From contig JBIICE010000001.1 of the NCBI GenBank assembly GCA_044239025.1, forward strand, positions 1 to 59,196: DNA of 59,196 nt. The letters run 5' to 3'. This document shows, in pieces, positions 57,902-59,196 of this stretch (its first letter is position 1; every line of letters begins with the position of its first letter). The DNA comes from Verrucomicrobiales bacterium. Lineage in GTDB: Bacteria; Verrucomicrobiota; Verrucomicrobiia; Verrucomicrobiales; V1-33. The position numbers and the translations under genes were made by a program. The notes beneath the pieces were generated by a model. That model was not told where the DNA came from and made no database searches. It saw only the letters and a program-made list of their open reading frames with translations.

Positions 57902-59196
57902 ATGGCAGTATCCCGGAGAGATTTGATGGCATCCCTGCTGGCGGTCGTTCCGTCGGTGCTGCTGCCGATGCCGGGGCGGGCGCGTGAGCCGCTCACGGCC
58001 GCAGAGGGCGAGCGGTTGGCGAAACTGATTCCGCGGACGTATGCGAAGCTGCAGCGGCGCGATCCACTCTACGTGGCTGTCTTCGGCGATGATGTGAGCA
58101 CCTTTTACCAGCCGTCGGCGCAGGAGGGGGCCTACGATGCGGCCTTCGCGTGGCACGGTCGCTTTCTGGACCGGTTGGGCGGCGATTTCCATTATCATGG
58201 CGGGGTGACCGATCTGGATCCGGCGTCCGCGGTGAAGCGTGCCGACGCCGACATTGTGCGTCAGTGGCAGGAATACCGGGCGCTGGTGGCGGCGCGGGAG
58301 AAGTCGGGCAAGGGAGCCGAGCCGTCCCTGCCCGGAGCGATCGGATCGCAGAAGGAAGCACCCCAGCGTGTGTTTTCGGTGAACGACCTCCTGAGGCGCG
58401 GGTTGCCGCCGTCGCGCCGGCCGCTGAGTGCGTCGGCCATCTTTGTGCGGAACTATTCGCGGGACGGGGCAGTGGCGGTGCAGGCGATGGAGCCGCTCAC
58501 GAGTGAGGTTTTTCTGAGTGAGGCCGGGGCCGAAACCGACCTTGTGCTGCTGAGCTGCGGCGGGAGGGATGCGCTCGCGGGGACCTCACTGGCATCGTTC
58601 CGGGAGGCCATGGAGAAAGCGGTGGCGTACTGCCGGGAGAAAGGGGCGGATGTGGTGCTCGCGGCGGTGCCGCCGTCATTGGAAGGCGGTGATCCCCGGG
58701 TGACGCTGGGCCGGGCCCGTCCGTTTGCGGCGGTGCTCCGTGAGATTGCCGCGAGGGCGGGTGTGTACTTTGCCGACCTCGGCAACGCGCTCGTGCGGCG
58801 GCCATCCGATCTGATCAACCTGAATGCGCGCGATGCCTTTGCGGCAGCGCTGGACGTGCTGCGGCCGCATTTCGATCATCCCGGCAGTGATCCGGCGGGG
58901 GTTTCGTGGCATCCGAACGGGGCCGCTCACCGGAGGATGGGCGACACGGTGGCGGATTGGCTGGTGCGGGGCGAGCCAGTGCCGCAGCTGGAGCTTTCCG
59001 CGTTTCTCGATCTTGGTTCCGTTCCGGAGGGCGAGGCCCTGCTGACGCTGCGGTTATTCAATGCGGGCACGGTGCCGGTTTCGGCGGTGGTGAGTCCGCT
59101 CGTGCTGACTGGCTACCGGGTGAAGGAAGGGATCGCCGATGCGGCCGTGGTGGTGGGACCCGGGAAGGCGAAGCGGCTGGCGGTGCCGCTGGTCCG
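57902..59196 (+). CDS. SGNH/GDSL-like hydrolase family protein, Tat-type signal; the 3' end runs off the window
   Basis: Absent from the ORF track because there is no in-window stop. My translation from ATG 57902 is open for about 431 codons: MAVSRRDLMASLLAVVPSVLLPMPGRA..., YVAVFGDDVST (GDS-like block I), VLLSCGGRD, WHPNGAAHRRMGD (block V-like). GC3 is high throughout. Confidence 0.6.
   Translation, partial: MAVSRRDLMASLLAVVPSVLLPMPGRAREPLTAAEGERLAKLIPRTYAKLQRRDPLYVAVFGDDVSTFYQPSAQEGAYDAAFAWHGRFLDRLGGDFHYHGGVTDLDPASAVKRADADIVRQWQEYRALVAAREKSGKGAEPSLPGAIGSQKEAPQRVFSVNDLLRRGLPPSRRPLSASAIFVRNYSRDGAVAVQAMEPLTSEVFLSEAGAETDLVLLSCGGRDALAGTSLASFREAMEKAVAYCREKGADVVLAAVPPSLEGGDPRVTLGRARPFAAVLREIAARAGVYFADLGNALVRRPSDLINLNARDAFAAALDVLRPHFDHPGSDPAGVSWHPNGAAHRRMGDTVADWLVRGEPVPQLELSAFLDLGSVPEGEALLTLRLFNAGTVPVSAVVSPLVLTGYRVKEGIADAAVVVGPGKAKRLAVPLV

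Overview
A 59.2 kb high-GC chromosome segment; spot counts on single 60-nt lines give roughly 65-70% GC. The gene content points to the PVC superphylum, most likely Verrucomicrobiota: DUF1501, two sulfatases, a G8/beta-helix protein, ThuA, an LpxC-FabZ fusion, and a secretin/PilM cluster laid out like the Akkermansia Amuc_1098-1102 locus. I support about 47 protein genes, one tRNA, three gene stubs, one decayed IS element and several short repeats or hairpins. Most of the window is housekeeping or envelope biology: parE-like topoisomerase (partial, not in the ORF track), lpxA, radC, cysteine desulfurase, an RtcB-family ligase, ssb, leuC, prfB (with its programmed +1 frameshift), icd, lpxC-fabZ, fmt, rnd, rho, coaE, rpoZ, smpB and an SGNH-like hydrolase (partial, not in the ORF track). 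The stand-out is a ~3.7 kb lower-GC islet (about 55% in spot counts) directly after tRNA-Ser(GGA), at 29853-33628. It holds a translationally coupled triad of ABC/AAA_21-type ATPase, PIN-like nuclease and ATP-dependent RNA ligase, plus a fourth overlapping orphan ORF. The islet is bracketed by wrecked defence genes: a C-terminal stub of an RM-like enzyme and an N-terminal DUF262 stub cut by an internally deleted IS with terminal inverted repeats. I read the triad as a candidate RNA cut-and-reseal conflict system that I cannot match to any named defence system from memory. All family assignments come from motif recognition by eye; no database search was possible. Many long ORFs in the track are antisense artefacts of high GC.
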